The position numbers and the translations under genes were made by a program. This document shows, in pieces, positions 1 through 12,480 of a stretch of DNA of 64,000 nucleotides (position 1 is the first letter of the stretch; each line of letters begins with the position of its first letter). Location: NCBI RefSeq assembly GCF_009834535.1, contig NC_045696.1, positions 15,874,001 through 15,938,000 of the forward strand, read 5' to 3'. The notes under the pieces were generated by a model, which saw only the letters and a list, made by a program, of their open reading frames with translations, made no database searches and was not told the DNA's origin. The DNA is from Camelus ferus (Eukaryota).

Positions 1-22
1 AAATTGATCTTCAAGAAGAGTA

Positions 23-128
23 GGGGAGAGAAATAGGTCAGTGATAGAGCTCATGTTTAGCATGCATGAGGTCCTGGGTTCAATTCCTAGTACCTCTGCT
101 GAAAGGAAGGAAGGAACGAAGAAAGAAA
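23..128 (+). mobile_element. tRNA-derived SINE, camelid Vic-1 type (diverged), with GAAG-rich tail
   Basis: ggggagagaaataggtcagtgatagagctcatgtttagcatgcatgaggtcctgggttcaattcctagtacctc has an A-box-like segment and B box GGTTCAATTCC. Same family as the copies at 27.7, 29.4 and 61.7 kb. Confidence 0.85.
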
Positions 129-2460
129 CTTGGGAGTGAAGCAGATTGTCAGCACAGGGTCTCTGAATGCCTTGGGAGCTGAACCGTATGCCATTTATCT
201 TGATATTCCAAACCCAGGTCAGTGCTTGGTATACACTAGACACAGTGTGCATAAACACCCATCATAAACCTTCCTGGAGTGAAGCAGTGTGTTTTGAGTT
301 TTAGCAAAGAGTAACATTCACTGCATCTCTCTAGGGAAATAAAGTGTCAAAACAACAAATGTCCTCATTTGGCAGAGTAGGAAACGGATATACTATGTGC
401 ACAATTTGACATGAAGTAACTTTGTGAGAGATAAACATAATAAGCCTGATGTATTTATCTTCCTAGAAAACCAATGGCTGCTATTTATATTCAAGACAAA
501 AGGTTCAGTTCTTTACAGATAATCCTCAGTGGTCATCCGTGATACAGATGAATTTAGTCCACACTAAGTAGGAGAAATATCGCATCTTTATTTCTTTAAA
601 TCCACTTAATTCAACTGTGACCCATCCTACTGGAGTTCCCCCTCATGCTTGACCCCAGCCTCCAACCCTGACCCCCATGTGTACATGAGTGTGGGAACAC
701 AAACACATACGCACACACATACCCACATTTGTGTATGAGACTCTGATGAGGCACAAATAAGAATAAAACAGAGTTCTGGACTTTGGAAAGGTCCTTCTAA
801 GATTCTTCAATTCTCACTCTACTTCTGCATATGCTTATCAAGGTCTCTGCAACCCGCCCCTCCGTCACACTTGGGGCACAGGGATTTGGGTGCGTCTGAG
901 AATCAGAGGCACTCCTTTCTCGGGAGTCCTCACTTTCTCTGGTGCTCTCAGAGTGCAAGGCTTAAGTCCACAACACCAGCAGCCCATGGTCCTTTCTCCC
1001 CTTTCCATTCTGACTTAGCTCTTTCCCTGCTTCCAAAACCTCTCCCTTGTTCCTCACCAACTCCGGCACTCCATCACTTCTAAACAGCTGAGATTTTAAT
1101 AGAAAACAAAAAAGAAGTTGTGGGTTTAGGAGTGCTTGTGTTTTCTGCCAGGCTAACATCATCCATGCAGCAAGAAATTTCAAAGCCTGGATCTGCCTTG
1201 AAATAGAGCAAGGGAAAAGCAGGAATAGAACAAATACAACTGAATGTCTTAAACTGCTGCAGAACAAAGTCAAAGTGTTTGGTGAAATTCAAGGAGGCTG
1301 TAGATGGGTATTTGTAATCCCACAGTGGGCTAAAAATACAAGTTCATGAGAGATGAATTGTTAAATCCTATTTTAGAAGTTGTTTGTTAATTAATCATTA
1401 TGATTTCAAAAAAATCACTTTATTTCTACTCTAAAATTCTTACAGACAGTTAAGTGGTAGATTCGTGGTGAAATTGTACTCATTGTGATTTGTGAGGGTT
1501 TATCTGTGCGTGCTTCCTTATAAACTCTTACCCTGCAGTATAATTTCTCTCCAAAGGGCTTAGCTGCTTTGAGAAATAAATTTAGAACTCAGATGGGGTG
1601 TCTGTTAGATAAAACCACAGAAAGCCTAGAAAACAATTTTTTTCCTAATATTTGGAATCTACCTCCAATTGGCATGATTTACCATAATTCTATTTTGAAC
1701 TTGATTCAACCTCTCCGTATGTATTTCTCATGTGTGGCATATTTTGTCAAATATTTTATTTTAAATATAAAGAAAAGTTTTCTGTGAAAAAAAATTAAAT
1801 CTTTTTCCCAACTCAGATGTTGGTCTAAAGCAATTTTTTAATTAATGTATAATTTTAAAATTCTTTTTACAAGATCACTAAGATTCTTTGCCTAAAAAAT
1901 AAAAAAGGACCATTTGTAGTAGTTAGTAAATCACATGTATAGATGTACTTTACATTTGGAAAGAGTAATAAATACTTAAGACTGACAGGCATATCACTGT
2001 GCCATGCTACATGAGTTTGTGTGGAGTAAATTCTTCTAACATTTTGACCACCTACTATTTTTTGAGGAAAAAAAAATGCCCAAATGTAGTCACGAAGCAA
2101 CCTGTTAGATACCTGTTTTCAAGGACAATTACACATACAGTATGTTTGCACATATTTACCGAGTGTTTCCAAAATGCTTTGAAACCCAAACACACTCTAG
2201 GAATTAGCACTACTCTCAAATACATCAAGGATTCTGCAGTTTCCAGGCTAATCTGGAAGGACTGGATCAACTTGACCTGTGTTTTAACGCTCCTGTGTTT
2301 AACGTGATCTGTATTTAAACTCTTTGCTGACTCTGTACACTTTGCTTTGTAGTTCCTGACCAATACTGAAGAGAAAAGGTATGGGAGGATCCCTTTTGTA
2401 AAAATTTTTTGTATGTCTTATTTGGTTAACAGATGAAGTTTGATAAAGAGTAGGAAGTCT

Positions 2461-3113
2461 CTACCTACATTGTTGGTAGAAATGTAATTTGGTGCAGCCA
2501 TTATGAAAAACAGTATGGAGAGTCTTTAAAAAACTAAAAATAGTTACCATGTGATCCAGAAATCCCACTCCTGGGCATATACTCAGAAGAAACTATAATT
2601 CAAAAAGATACATGCACCCCAATGTTCACAGCAGCACTGTTTACAATAGCCAAGACATGGAAGCAACCTAAATGTCCATCAACAATGACTGGATAAAGAA
2701 GTTATGGTGAGATATATCTATATATTATATATATATGATGGAATATTACTCACCCATAAAAAAGAATGAAATAATGTCATTTTCAGCAATGTGGATGGAC
2801 CTGGAGATCATCATACTAAGTGAAGTTAGCCAGAAAAAGAAAGAAAAATATCCTATGATGTCACTTAATATGTGGAATCTAAAAAAATGGCACAAGTGAA
2901 CTTCTTTACAAAACAGAAATAGACTCACGGACATAGAAAACAAACTTACAGCTACCAGGAGGGAAAGGGTGGAGGAGGGGTAAATTAGGAGTCTAGGACA
3001 AGCAGATACAAACTACTATATATAAATAGATAAACAACAAGATCCTACTGTTTAGTACAGGAAACTATATTCAATATCTTGTAATAACTTATAATAATAA
3101 AGAGTATGAAAAA

Positions 3114-3170
<57 letters not shown>

Positions 3171-3236
3171 ATCAATATGCTGTAACCCAGAAATTAACAC
3201 AACATTGTAAATCAACGATACTGCAATTTAAAAAAA
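2461..3236 (+). mobile_element. 5'-truncated L1 (end of ORF2 plus 3' UTR) with target-site duplication
   Basis: Typical L1 3' sequence (ggtgcagccattatgaaaaacagtatggag ... atcccactcctgggcatata ... tggatggacctggagatcatcatactaagtgaag) ending in an A-tail. Flanked by aaagagtaggaagtct (2445-2460) and aaatagtaagaagtct (3234-3249). Confidence 0.92.
3116..3163. repeat. (TA)n microsatellite inside the L1 3' UTR
   Basis: Uninterrupted TA run visible in the sequence. Confidence 0.95.
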
Positions 3237-6200
3237 TAGTAAGAAGTCTTCACAGGTGAGAAGGGTCTCAGTTGTGGACTCTTTCCTTGACTCTGTAACT
3301 TTTATTACTGTTTCTGAAATGGACTTCCAACCTGTTATAGATAAATCTATTTCACTGCATGACTTATAGAAGTGTTGGTCATCTTCAGGGCTTATACTGG
3401 CTGGTATGACTGGTTATTAAAATAGAAATCCTTAGAATTATCCTAAAACTCCATCCTCCACCACCCCTTCTACCACCCTTGAGTCCCACTGACCTCCCTG
3501 TACAAGCTCTATGACTGTGTCTGCTCTGATTCTTCATGGCCATCCCAACTAGTTGGTAAATATTTTTCACATTATCTAAGTTCTTTTAATTATATTTGTT
3601 CTTCTGTGCTTAGAGATAGTAAGCCAGATTTTTGGTAGGGTTACCAGAATATTTTTTGTTGAGTGAGGTGTTTTCCATTATGAAGTGAATCTTTTAATTC
3701 AAGAAAGGCATTACTTTGGAGACCCTCCTAATGTTATCAGCAGGGCAGACAGTAATTAGAAATTAGATCATGTACCTGGTGCCCTTCCACCCACAGATTC
3801 TTATGATGACCGTGGAGCTGGCGTGCTCTGCTCCGTTGTGTAACGTGTACATCTTCCCATCCCACCCTCATATACCCCACATTCAAGCTGGTTTTCTTCA
3901 TTCAACTTGCCCTATCTGGGACATTCCATGTTCACCTTCACAAATTCCTCCCATCCTTTTTAGACACCCCCTCCATCCATATGGTTCTGTGCTCATCCTA
4001 AGAACTCTGCTTTTGGCATTCAAAGGAATCAACTAGCTAAACACTTCACTGCTGTTGTGATCTTTACTACTGTAATGAGAAGAAAGGACTTGCACCTGGT
4101 AAACTGTGTTTTGACTGAGACACACTGGAGGCAGGGTCCTCCCCCAAAGACACCCTCAGTCAGTGAGTCCTACAGGCCTGGGCGGGATGCTGACTCATAA
4201 AAAGCTGGCTGAACCCTGTGGGGCTTCCATTACTCATGTCTCCTTCCCATCTGTGCAGCCCTTCCTGGGAGATGAAGGCTTTTCCAAAATTGTACTTACA
4301 CAGCCTGAAGGAAGCAGAAGTTTTATCATCATTATTTAGTAAGTTTAAGAGACTGTTCACATTGCCTGCTTGCATGGGGCAAGTAAGGAAGAATAAATCA
4401 GTCTGAATGGCTGGATCGGGTCCCAGATCATTAAGTTGTGCTGGCATCTTCATTTTGCTTGGGCTCTGAAGTCACTGTTGGGGAATATTCTTTAACTCAA
4501 TTAAGCTCACTCTCAAGTCCTCTTGTGTTCAATAAGATTAAACATTACTCAATGGCATATTCCTTTTGAAAAAGATTTCAAACCCCATGAACGTTAGACT
4601 CCATTTCTTCTAGCACAGTCCACCAGCCACATCACACTGCCTGATACTTCATACCTCAAATATTTAAAATCTGCTCACTATCTGCTCACTCTAATGCATC
4701 TAAGGACCCATCATGCCAAACACCATTTATCTCAGTTTATGGATTTCCTGTGAGAGAGCCCTAATATTCTGCCTCTGTCTGTATTCTAGAAGGGCATTGC
4801 TGTAGTATACTTTTCCTATTCTGATATTTAAGAAAAATCATCAGAATATACACATTTGCTAAAAATGACCCAAACCACTTGAAGGAGAAACAGTAGCCAA
4901 GAGTGTGGGGGTGGAAATGGCAAAGATGCTGCTGGTTTTCAGAAATATCAAGACCATCTGCTGTGTCAACAACATTTCTGCCACAGTCAAAACCAGCTGG
5001 GGAGAATGAAGTCTCAACGGGATGGCAGCCCCTGAGACGAGAGAAGCCAGCTGCCCACCCCCCAACCCCACGACAGAGGGAAGCTTGTTTTGGAAAGGGT
5101 TTGACAGTTAGATGAGACAGCCAGTGGGGAGCTGCAGGCCCCAACAAGGTCTGTGTCTGCAAACAAAATGTAGATCATACCACTGATGAGGGTCGTTTTG
5201 TCCTGGATATGTCTCAAGAACACATGAGTCACACATACGGCATTTATAGAAGAGAGGTGCCAAATTACTCACTGGAACATCATGTCCACACCTTGACTGG
5301 AGATGTTATGGAGCATCAATACATCTGATCTTCTGCTCTTTCTGTACTTGTCCTGGGAACGCATGAGAAAGCAGTAAAAGAGGACTGGGCACTGTGGGGT
5401 GGGGGGTTGTCTTAAGACTATTCTGAGTCATGGTACATTTGCCTACATGAAGAAGTAGTGGGTCAGATGACTCCCTAGGGGAAGTGAAGAATGCTCTCTC
5501 AAGAAAACAGTCCCCTAAGCTATGTCTCCACAGAAAACAAGTCATTTTTGTCACCATTTATTTCCTCCTGGCCACAAACGTCCATCCATCTGTCACCAAA
5601 AACTCATGATTTGGGTTTAATCCAATGGCCTCATAAAGAATGTCATAATCAAAAAAAAAAAAAAAAAGAATGTCATCATCATTTCAAGGTAGACAAATGT
5701 AATGTGATTTAAAAAAAAAAAAGTATAACAAAGACCTGCGTTAAAATCAAGTGCATCACTGAGGTCTGATAAATAAAGTAGAAAAGACATGATTCAATTT
5801 TACTTTAGTTTCAATTTTGTAGAATGCTACAGTTGGTAAGGTCTTGCCATTTATAGGTCTAATCTTTTACATTATAATAGTAGTTGCCTTTAGCTTCTTT
5901 CGAATCTGTAAAAATATAATAATAAGGACTATGTTGGAAAGCGTGTGTGTGTGTGTGAATGTTCCTCTGGCATTCAATCCAACTACTGACCGGTGTTGTT
6001 TTATTGTACTGTCCTATGGCAATGGTTTTTCAAGAAAATAAGCAAAGTGATGATCTCCATTTTAGTATATCTTAGATAAGTGCCTAAAAACTAAAATGAC
6101 TTTTCCTGTGTCAAGACAGGATGGTCCACCCCCTCAATTTGACTTTATTTATACAGGTAATTCTTAGAATCACCATGGTAGCCAGTTCCCAAGACAGCTC

Positions 6201-6589
6201 CCTTCAATAATCCATAAGATCATTTTTATCACACTGTAGTCCAAATGTGAATCTTGCAGAGTGTTTTTTTCATGGCAGTTCATAAACATTCTATTTCCTT
6301 TTTAGCTAGACTTGTCACTAACAAAGCATTTACAGTCAACGTTTGTGAGGTGGCTATCAAAACTGAATTTTGCCCCTCCATGGTGAAGATATTTATGTAC
6401 TTATAAAAACAACTACTCAGATTCATTAAGTACAGCTATAAATCTTTCTCCTGCAATGGTGACTCTGCTACCTTCAAGTCTCTGTGGAAGCATAGCACTA
6501 ACTCTGCCACAGGATGACTTCAGCCTGCAGGTAGACTGCTACCGAGACAGCATGATCTGGTAGCTAGAGTGTGAACAGAACCCACTCCC

Positions 6590-6710
6590 CTATCCTGCCC
6601 TGAGGTCCTAGGCAACCTTGAGGAAGTCATTTGAGCTTTTCTTTGCATTTTAGAGTTTCTTTCTACAACAGTGGAAAACTCCTGGCATCTACTCTCTTTG
6701 CAGGGATCAT
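6590..6710 (+). mobile_element. MIR fragment
   Basis: accttgaggaagtcatttgagcttttc...agtttctttctacaacagtgg resembles the MIR core (gaccttgggcaagtcacttaacctctctgagcctcagtttcctcatctgtaaaatggg). Confidence 0.5.
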
Positions 6711-7562
6711 TCCAATATTGCCTTCATTTCTTCCTATTATATACATTTTTATTATTGTTTTCCTATTTAATATCCCATATGACATGACCATCCAACATTC
6801 CTGGGTAACTGTGTGATTACGTCAGAGAATCAGAGGAAATTTTCACTTTGGGCAGGAAGCTGGGTTAGAAGGATTAGGCAAACCATCAAGGCCTATGAGT
6901 CCCTTTCATTTCCTGTTCTTCATTGACATTTTATCTACCATGAACTCTATTTTCTTCATAGCTTTCTTTTTTTTCCTATCTGCTCTGTGCCCCTTCATCT
7001 GTCATCATTTAGATAGTCCACATTTGTTTTAATATTTCAAACCTCCTAAACAAAAGAAAGGGCTGCATGTTACTGAGTTCTATCATGCAGGAGATGATTT
7101 AGTCATTCAGCAAGCATGTACCAATAGCAAAGCTAGAGGACTCTCAGACAAAAGAAGGACAAAGTTGGGAGAGTTTCAAAGAGACAAATTTTGACTCAAC
7201 GTAAATGTTCTTCTACTTGCTTGAATGTGAGACAGGTAGGGCAGAGAGCACTGCATTGCTAGGAAAAGGCCATATGCTGAAAAGGGGGTATTCTGGTCAC
7301 CACCACCAGCTGTATACAACTACCCGAGCTGCCTGGGCTGGGCCAGCAGAATCACTGGCTTGTCCAGCAGGGTTGTCAGAACAGGCCTGATAGAATGAAG
7401 AGGTGATACCAGTAGACCCTGTTCAGCTATTGGGAAGGAGGTTCCCAGGCTACGATGTGAAGTCAGATTTCAAGGTTTCAGAACATTCTCCTGTCCTCAG
7501 CACCTCAGAAGCAGTGGCTGGAGAACCACCACATCACCACCACCACCATCACACTCACTTAC

Positions 7563-8227
7563 AGTAAAAAGGACTGCCTAGAAATGGGGATAGTATTAGC
7601 CCCAGCGTACCTGGGTTCTGGCCCTAGTTCTAGAAAGAAACTGAGGTTCCAGGCAGAATAACCATGCAGACTACTGAGAAAAGAAAAAGGGGGAAAAAAG
7701 TAGCCCCTGACATCCAGCAAGTGACCTTGCACATACAGCCAGGTCATGTTGTTTTCCTATTGGACATCAACGACCTCACAGAATACCTACACCAGACAAG
7801 GTTTACTCTGAGACCAAGATAAAGTGAGAGAAAACAATCCTACTTCATAATCTTGTCTAAGTACAGATAAAACCGAGGTCACTGTACCAACCGTAAAATC
7901 CCAAACACCCCCTCTGTTGGCCACCATGAGTGCCTCCTACTTCTTTACTAGACTGCCTTCTCTACAGAAAAGATTTCTTGATACCCGATTGTAGAATTGC
8001 CCCTGCTTTCCGACAGCATCCAATCTAGAGTGAACTTCTGCTTTCTTAGGCCCTCCCCCATATCACACAACCAAAGCCCAGGTCCTCTAAGATCCTCTAA
8101 ATACCCTCTTACAGAGACACTCCCTGGTTTCCGATGGTGTGTGTTCTCCCTCACCAAAACAAGTGAAGAACCTAATTTGTCCAGTTATAGATGTGTTCCT
8201 GGTGGTCTTTGGCTGGAGCGATTGACA
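7563..8227 (+). mobile_element. Solo LTR, probably ERV1 class (subfamily undetermined)
   Basis: About 665 bp with a TATA-like taaata near 8099, followed by R/U5-like sequence ending ggtggtctttggctggagcgattgaca (terminal CA). No internal gag/pol sequence adjacent. Confidence 0.6.
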
Positions 8228-8863
8228 CTGCAAAGATGGAGTCAAGACAGTTCTGAGGAATGGGCCAACATTTAGAGGATGAACATTTATTATTAAAATG
8301 GTACCATATTTCGAGTTACACAAGCAGCTGAGGTTTGCCCCAGGGTCCCGGATCTTGGAACTAGTTCTCACTATAACTGAATTCCAAACCACTCCAGAAA
8401 GTAGAGCTGATGTCACAATTCTGGCTGAAAGTGAGATCTTTAGGGAAACAGGAAACATACCTGAGCCTGCAGTGGGGAGTCAGGGGAAGAAGGAGGACAG
8501 AGGGAAGGGAGCAGAAGTTAGTGAGCTGAGCTGCTTTTTAATATTCTAAAAGTTCTGAAATGTTATAGATCAGGATCTTTACAATCAGGACTGTTAAATC
8601 TGTCAATCACTCAAAGACACATTAAAGAAAACTAAAAATAATAACATAGTTGCTTGAATCTAGGAAAACCTTAAAGAAGTCCAGTGATGGGGCCATTAAT
8701 ACCATACCTTTTTTATTTAGTTTATGCTCTCTTGCTTTCAGTTTGTCTCTCTTTCACACACACACCTCGTTATCAACGTATCTTGATTTTTTTCTATTTT
8801 CAAGCCTTTTATGTATTTATTCCCAAGGTTAGATGTTCTAACTCATTTTATTCTCTGCTTAAA

Positions 8864-9064
8864 GCAGTAGTTCTCAACTTTGGTGGCTGCACATTAAAAT
8901 CTCCTGGGAGCATTAAAAAAAAAAATTTTGTCCAGAACATATCCCCAGATCATTTGAATTAGAATCTCTGGAGTAAAACTCTGATATCAGTTTGGTGTTT
9001 TGTTTCATTTCGTTCTTTTTCTTATGTGCAGGTGACTCCAATGTAGTCAAGATTGAGACCCACT
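8864..9064. mobile_element. MER5A-like hAT-Charlie MITE
   Basis: Ends cagtagttctcaac... and ...gattgagacccact, with internal ggctgcacattaaaatctcctgggagc and gaattagaatctctgg characteristic of MER5A. Confidence 0.75.
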
Positions 9065-9147
9065 TAGCTTTGCTAAGAGTCTCAATATTTAACTGGTGAA
9101 TTCCTCTCCAAAGAAAAGGCCATACCCTTCAACTATGTTCCTTTAGC

Positions 9148-9268
9148 ACAACTGTTCTTAACCTGCCTGCAGACCCCACATGGAGGGGGTGGGTATTCTG
9201 ACAGTGCTGGGGTAGGTTTAGTCACCTGTATTGATTCTAAAGAATAATGGAAGTTTAAGAACCACTGA
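9148..9268. mobile_element. MER5-like hAT fragment
   Basis: caactgttcttaacctg ... gattctaaag...agtttaagaaccactg, a MER5-type terminus. Confidence 0.45.
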
Positions 9269-9284
9269 TCTTCCACCAGGTGCC

Positions 9285-9583
9285 CAGGGAGGATATTTAA
9301 AATAAGAACAGTTAACATCAACCAATCAGAATGAGCGATAGAAGTTGGGCTGGGGGTATCCAGGGAAAGAGGGTCGGAGAGACCTCCAAATGTGCCAAAT
9401 ATCAAATCTTAATTGCTGGATGAGGGTGAGGCACAGGGGATCCCATGAAGGGGTCTGGAAAGCCAGGACACCGAAGGGTCATTTGGGGGAGCTGTGACAG
9501 TAAACATCAACCAGTTAAGAAGCATTTTCATGTTTTAACATTTGGTGAGGGTTTCCTGTGAGTGTTACTAGGAAATCAGCCCT
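9285..9583. mobile_element. Old hAT-type DNA transposon fragment (MamRep38/MamRep1894-like, tentative)
   Basis: Contains aacatcaaccaatcagaatg, a second aacatcaaccag and the end aaatcagccct, motifs I associate with this family. Confidence 0.3.
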
Positions 9584-12149
9584 CCAGGGGCCTGCAGCTA
9601 GAGAAGCACCTGTCACTCTTCTATAGCAAGTATGTATATATTTGCATATTTGCTACTTGAGAACACATATCATGTGCTCAACAGATGTCTGATAAATGAA
9701 TGAATGGATGAACTTTGTCCAATGCAGAGAGCCCTTTTATTCTTTCTCACAACCTTTAAAAATATTTTCTCTTTTAGGCCATAGCCACCGTCTTAGTGTC
9801 TTTATAACTGTAAAGACCACGAAGAGTTTCATGACTGCATTTTTTCATATTGAGTATTCTGTACACTTATCATAGTTTTAGGTATTATAAGGAAGAGCAG
9901 AAAGCATAAGAGGAGGTTTCTGAGTTCCAGGTGCTTATGGATACCTGTGCCTCCAGGTTAGACCCTGCTGCCATTTCACCTTGTGGTCCTACCAGACCCT
10001 ATGGAATCAGCACACAGAGGTAACATCTCCCCTGACAGCATCTCAGGTCCCATGGCTGGCTACTGGGGAAGGACATTTGGGGGCATGAAGACACTTCCTT
10101 TATCCCATTCCTTATAAATAAGTTCTTATTCATAGACACAGGAGATGAAATTTCCTGATCTATATCAAGCTGTGTTGCTTGATGTGTATTATTTTAAGAG
10201 ATACCTCTTGGTCCAATTACTTAAAATAACAGTAGAAGTCAAGATCAAAACATTCAAGCATCCTAACTCCCGAATGTCATTGGTTCACATTATTCTTCTT
10301 GTCTCTCTCTTGAAGAAAATTAAACCATAAGCCACCCATAGCTAAAAAAAGCAGAAAGAAGAAATGCATTTTATTCCACAGACAGAGCCCATAGTGTGCA
10401 TACATTTATACAATGAGCACACATTTTAACATTTCAGAAGTCTTATAACAGCTTATGAATTCCAAAAATGCCTTAATTTTTAAGAATCTAGGCAAACAGA
10501 TTTTCATTATATTTTAAAATACGGTTTATAATATTTTATTTGGATTAAATATTTTGTATCCCCACAATGATTTATATGATACATGCGTTTTAATCAGTCT
10601 TTAGGATTAATCATGATTATATTTGTTATTGTGAAATATCCACCCAAAACATGCTCTCATGGCTATACAGTGTCCAAAACAAGTGTGGCCCTGGGCTGAG
10701 ACCCTAACTTTAAGGTTTATTTTCTTGGTCTTTCTCCAAACCATGCTTCTGTAGATAGAATGAATATCTTGCTTTTTGTACAATGCACCCTCTCTTTAGA
10801 GGTTGTAATGCTCTTTGCTATAGTGGCATTAGATTTTTTAAATAATTAGCTAATATTTAATATAGATCCCTGAAGATAAACACTGTCCTACCTTATCAAT
10901 GACCAAAATAAATCATTCGGTTTTCCACTGCACAGGAAAAGCCCATTTTCCTGTTGGTATTGGGAAACACACTGAATGACCATCATTTAATCATATCACT
11001 ACAGGGTGTTATTGTATGAAGCTCTTATCATTCAGGGACTTCATTTGATGGTTCACATTCTTTATGACATATGTCTGCATAATATTAGGCTTTACTCCAG
11101 TCATTTGAATGCCCAATGGAAGCTTAATATTTTATTAAGGTCAATCCTCTGAAAATAAGATGTGAGTATAAATTTTTTTTAATGTATTCGATCTTTGGTA
11201 TCTCTCTGTATTTGATTTTTGTGGACACTTGTTTCCACAGGACATGGCCGGATGAATTTGTGGCTGGAATAATACGTAAGCAGGATAATACGCTGAGAAT
11301 TCTTATGAAGAGATGAAAGTTGGAATGCAAGGCCCAGCCAGCACCGACGTAGGTGAAGTTGAAAAATACTAACTCACAAAAGAGAACTGGTTCCAGGCAG
11401 AAGGAGAAAGGCATTTAAATAAAAAGAATGGAGGGTAAACTCAAGTCCAATCCTGGCCAGCCCCACTGTGGAAGGGGTCTACATTGAGAAATCAGGACGG
11501 AATGAGGCACTGGGACTCATCCAGAATGCTAGGTGTCAACTGGTCATGTGAGACAAGAGGATCTGCCATTGGAGGCAAGGCACAGCGGGCCAAGAGCCAA
11601 CAGCCAGAAGCCTGGGGCATGGACTAGAATGACATGGCAGAAGCAGACCCCCCAGCTCACCAGCTGAGATATCAGAGTAAGTCCTGCAGCCCACACCCCA
11701 CCTGAACCCCAGCTGGGTCACACAAGGAAGGAAGTTACTGATGGGATTGCAGAGAGATGCTCTCATCTAGCATGTAAGGTTCCATTTATCTCTGGGCACT
11801 GGAACATCAAAAATGGCAGCCTGAGGAATATTTCCGAACCTCTTGGCTACTCACGGAGGGAACAGCCAAGAGACATATATGAGAAATAAGTTAGAAAGGA
11901 GAATGAGAAGGATGGCCACAAGAATAATGCCAGGTCTCAGGACTCAGACTGTTGTGTACTGTTAGTAAGTCAGATCAGCTTGAGAGCACATTCACACTCT
12001 GGCAAGACCAAGTTTTCAAATGCAAATTAGCTTTCAGTAAGATTGAACCAGACTCAAAATAAATCAGTCTTAAGAAGACAAAATTTTTAATTAAAAAAAA
12101 AATAATGATAAAACCAGATGCAATGCCATTGCAGCTCACAGCTCTCAGA

Positions 12150-12480
12150 CGCATTAACTCATTAATTTATTCATTAAGCAAACATTTGCTAGGCAAATAA
12201 CATGTGGTAGGCATTGTTCTAAGCACTGGTGGACAAGATGCACAGAGCTATTCTAATGAAGTGGGGACAAAAGAACATTAACAAGAAAAATACACGATAA
12301 TTCCAGATATTGATTGTCACAGGAGGAATATAGTGGGTTCATGTGATTGACATTGACTATAGAGAGGAAATGAGAGGACTTCTTTAAACAGAAGAAATGG
12401 CCTTTCCCAGGAAGGGTAGCTTTTGACTGAGATCTGAATGGTGGAAAGGAGCTGGCAGAGGAAAGAACTTCTTCCAAGCA
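12150..12480 (-). mobile_element. L2 3' fragment
   Basis: tcattaagcaaacatttgctaggc...atgtggtaggcattgttctaagcactgg is the reverse complement of the L2 3' end. Confidence 0.6.

Noticed and set aside
23..100. tRNA gene calls for the tRNA-like sequences (also 27.7, 29.4 and 61.7 kb)
   Set aside because: They have SINE-type tails and/or TSDs and degenerate stems, so they are SINE heads rather than tRNA genes.
1152..1348. Plus-strand open frame after an acceptor-like ttttctgccag (ANIIHAARNFKAWICLE...)
   Set aside because: Weak donor, no recognisable homology and no neighbouring exons.
4761..5232. Overlapping minus-strand ORFs (133 aa, 72 aa) as a terminal coding exon
   Set aside because: No recognisable protein family, and no clear upstream exon or nearby poly(A) signal.
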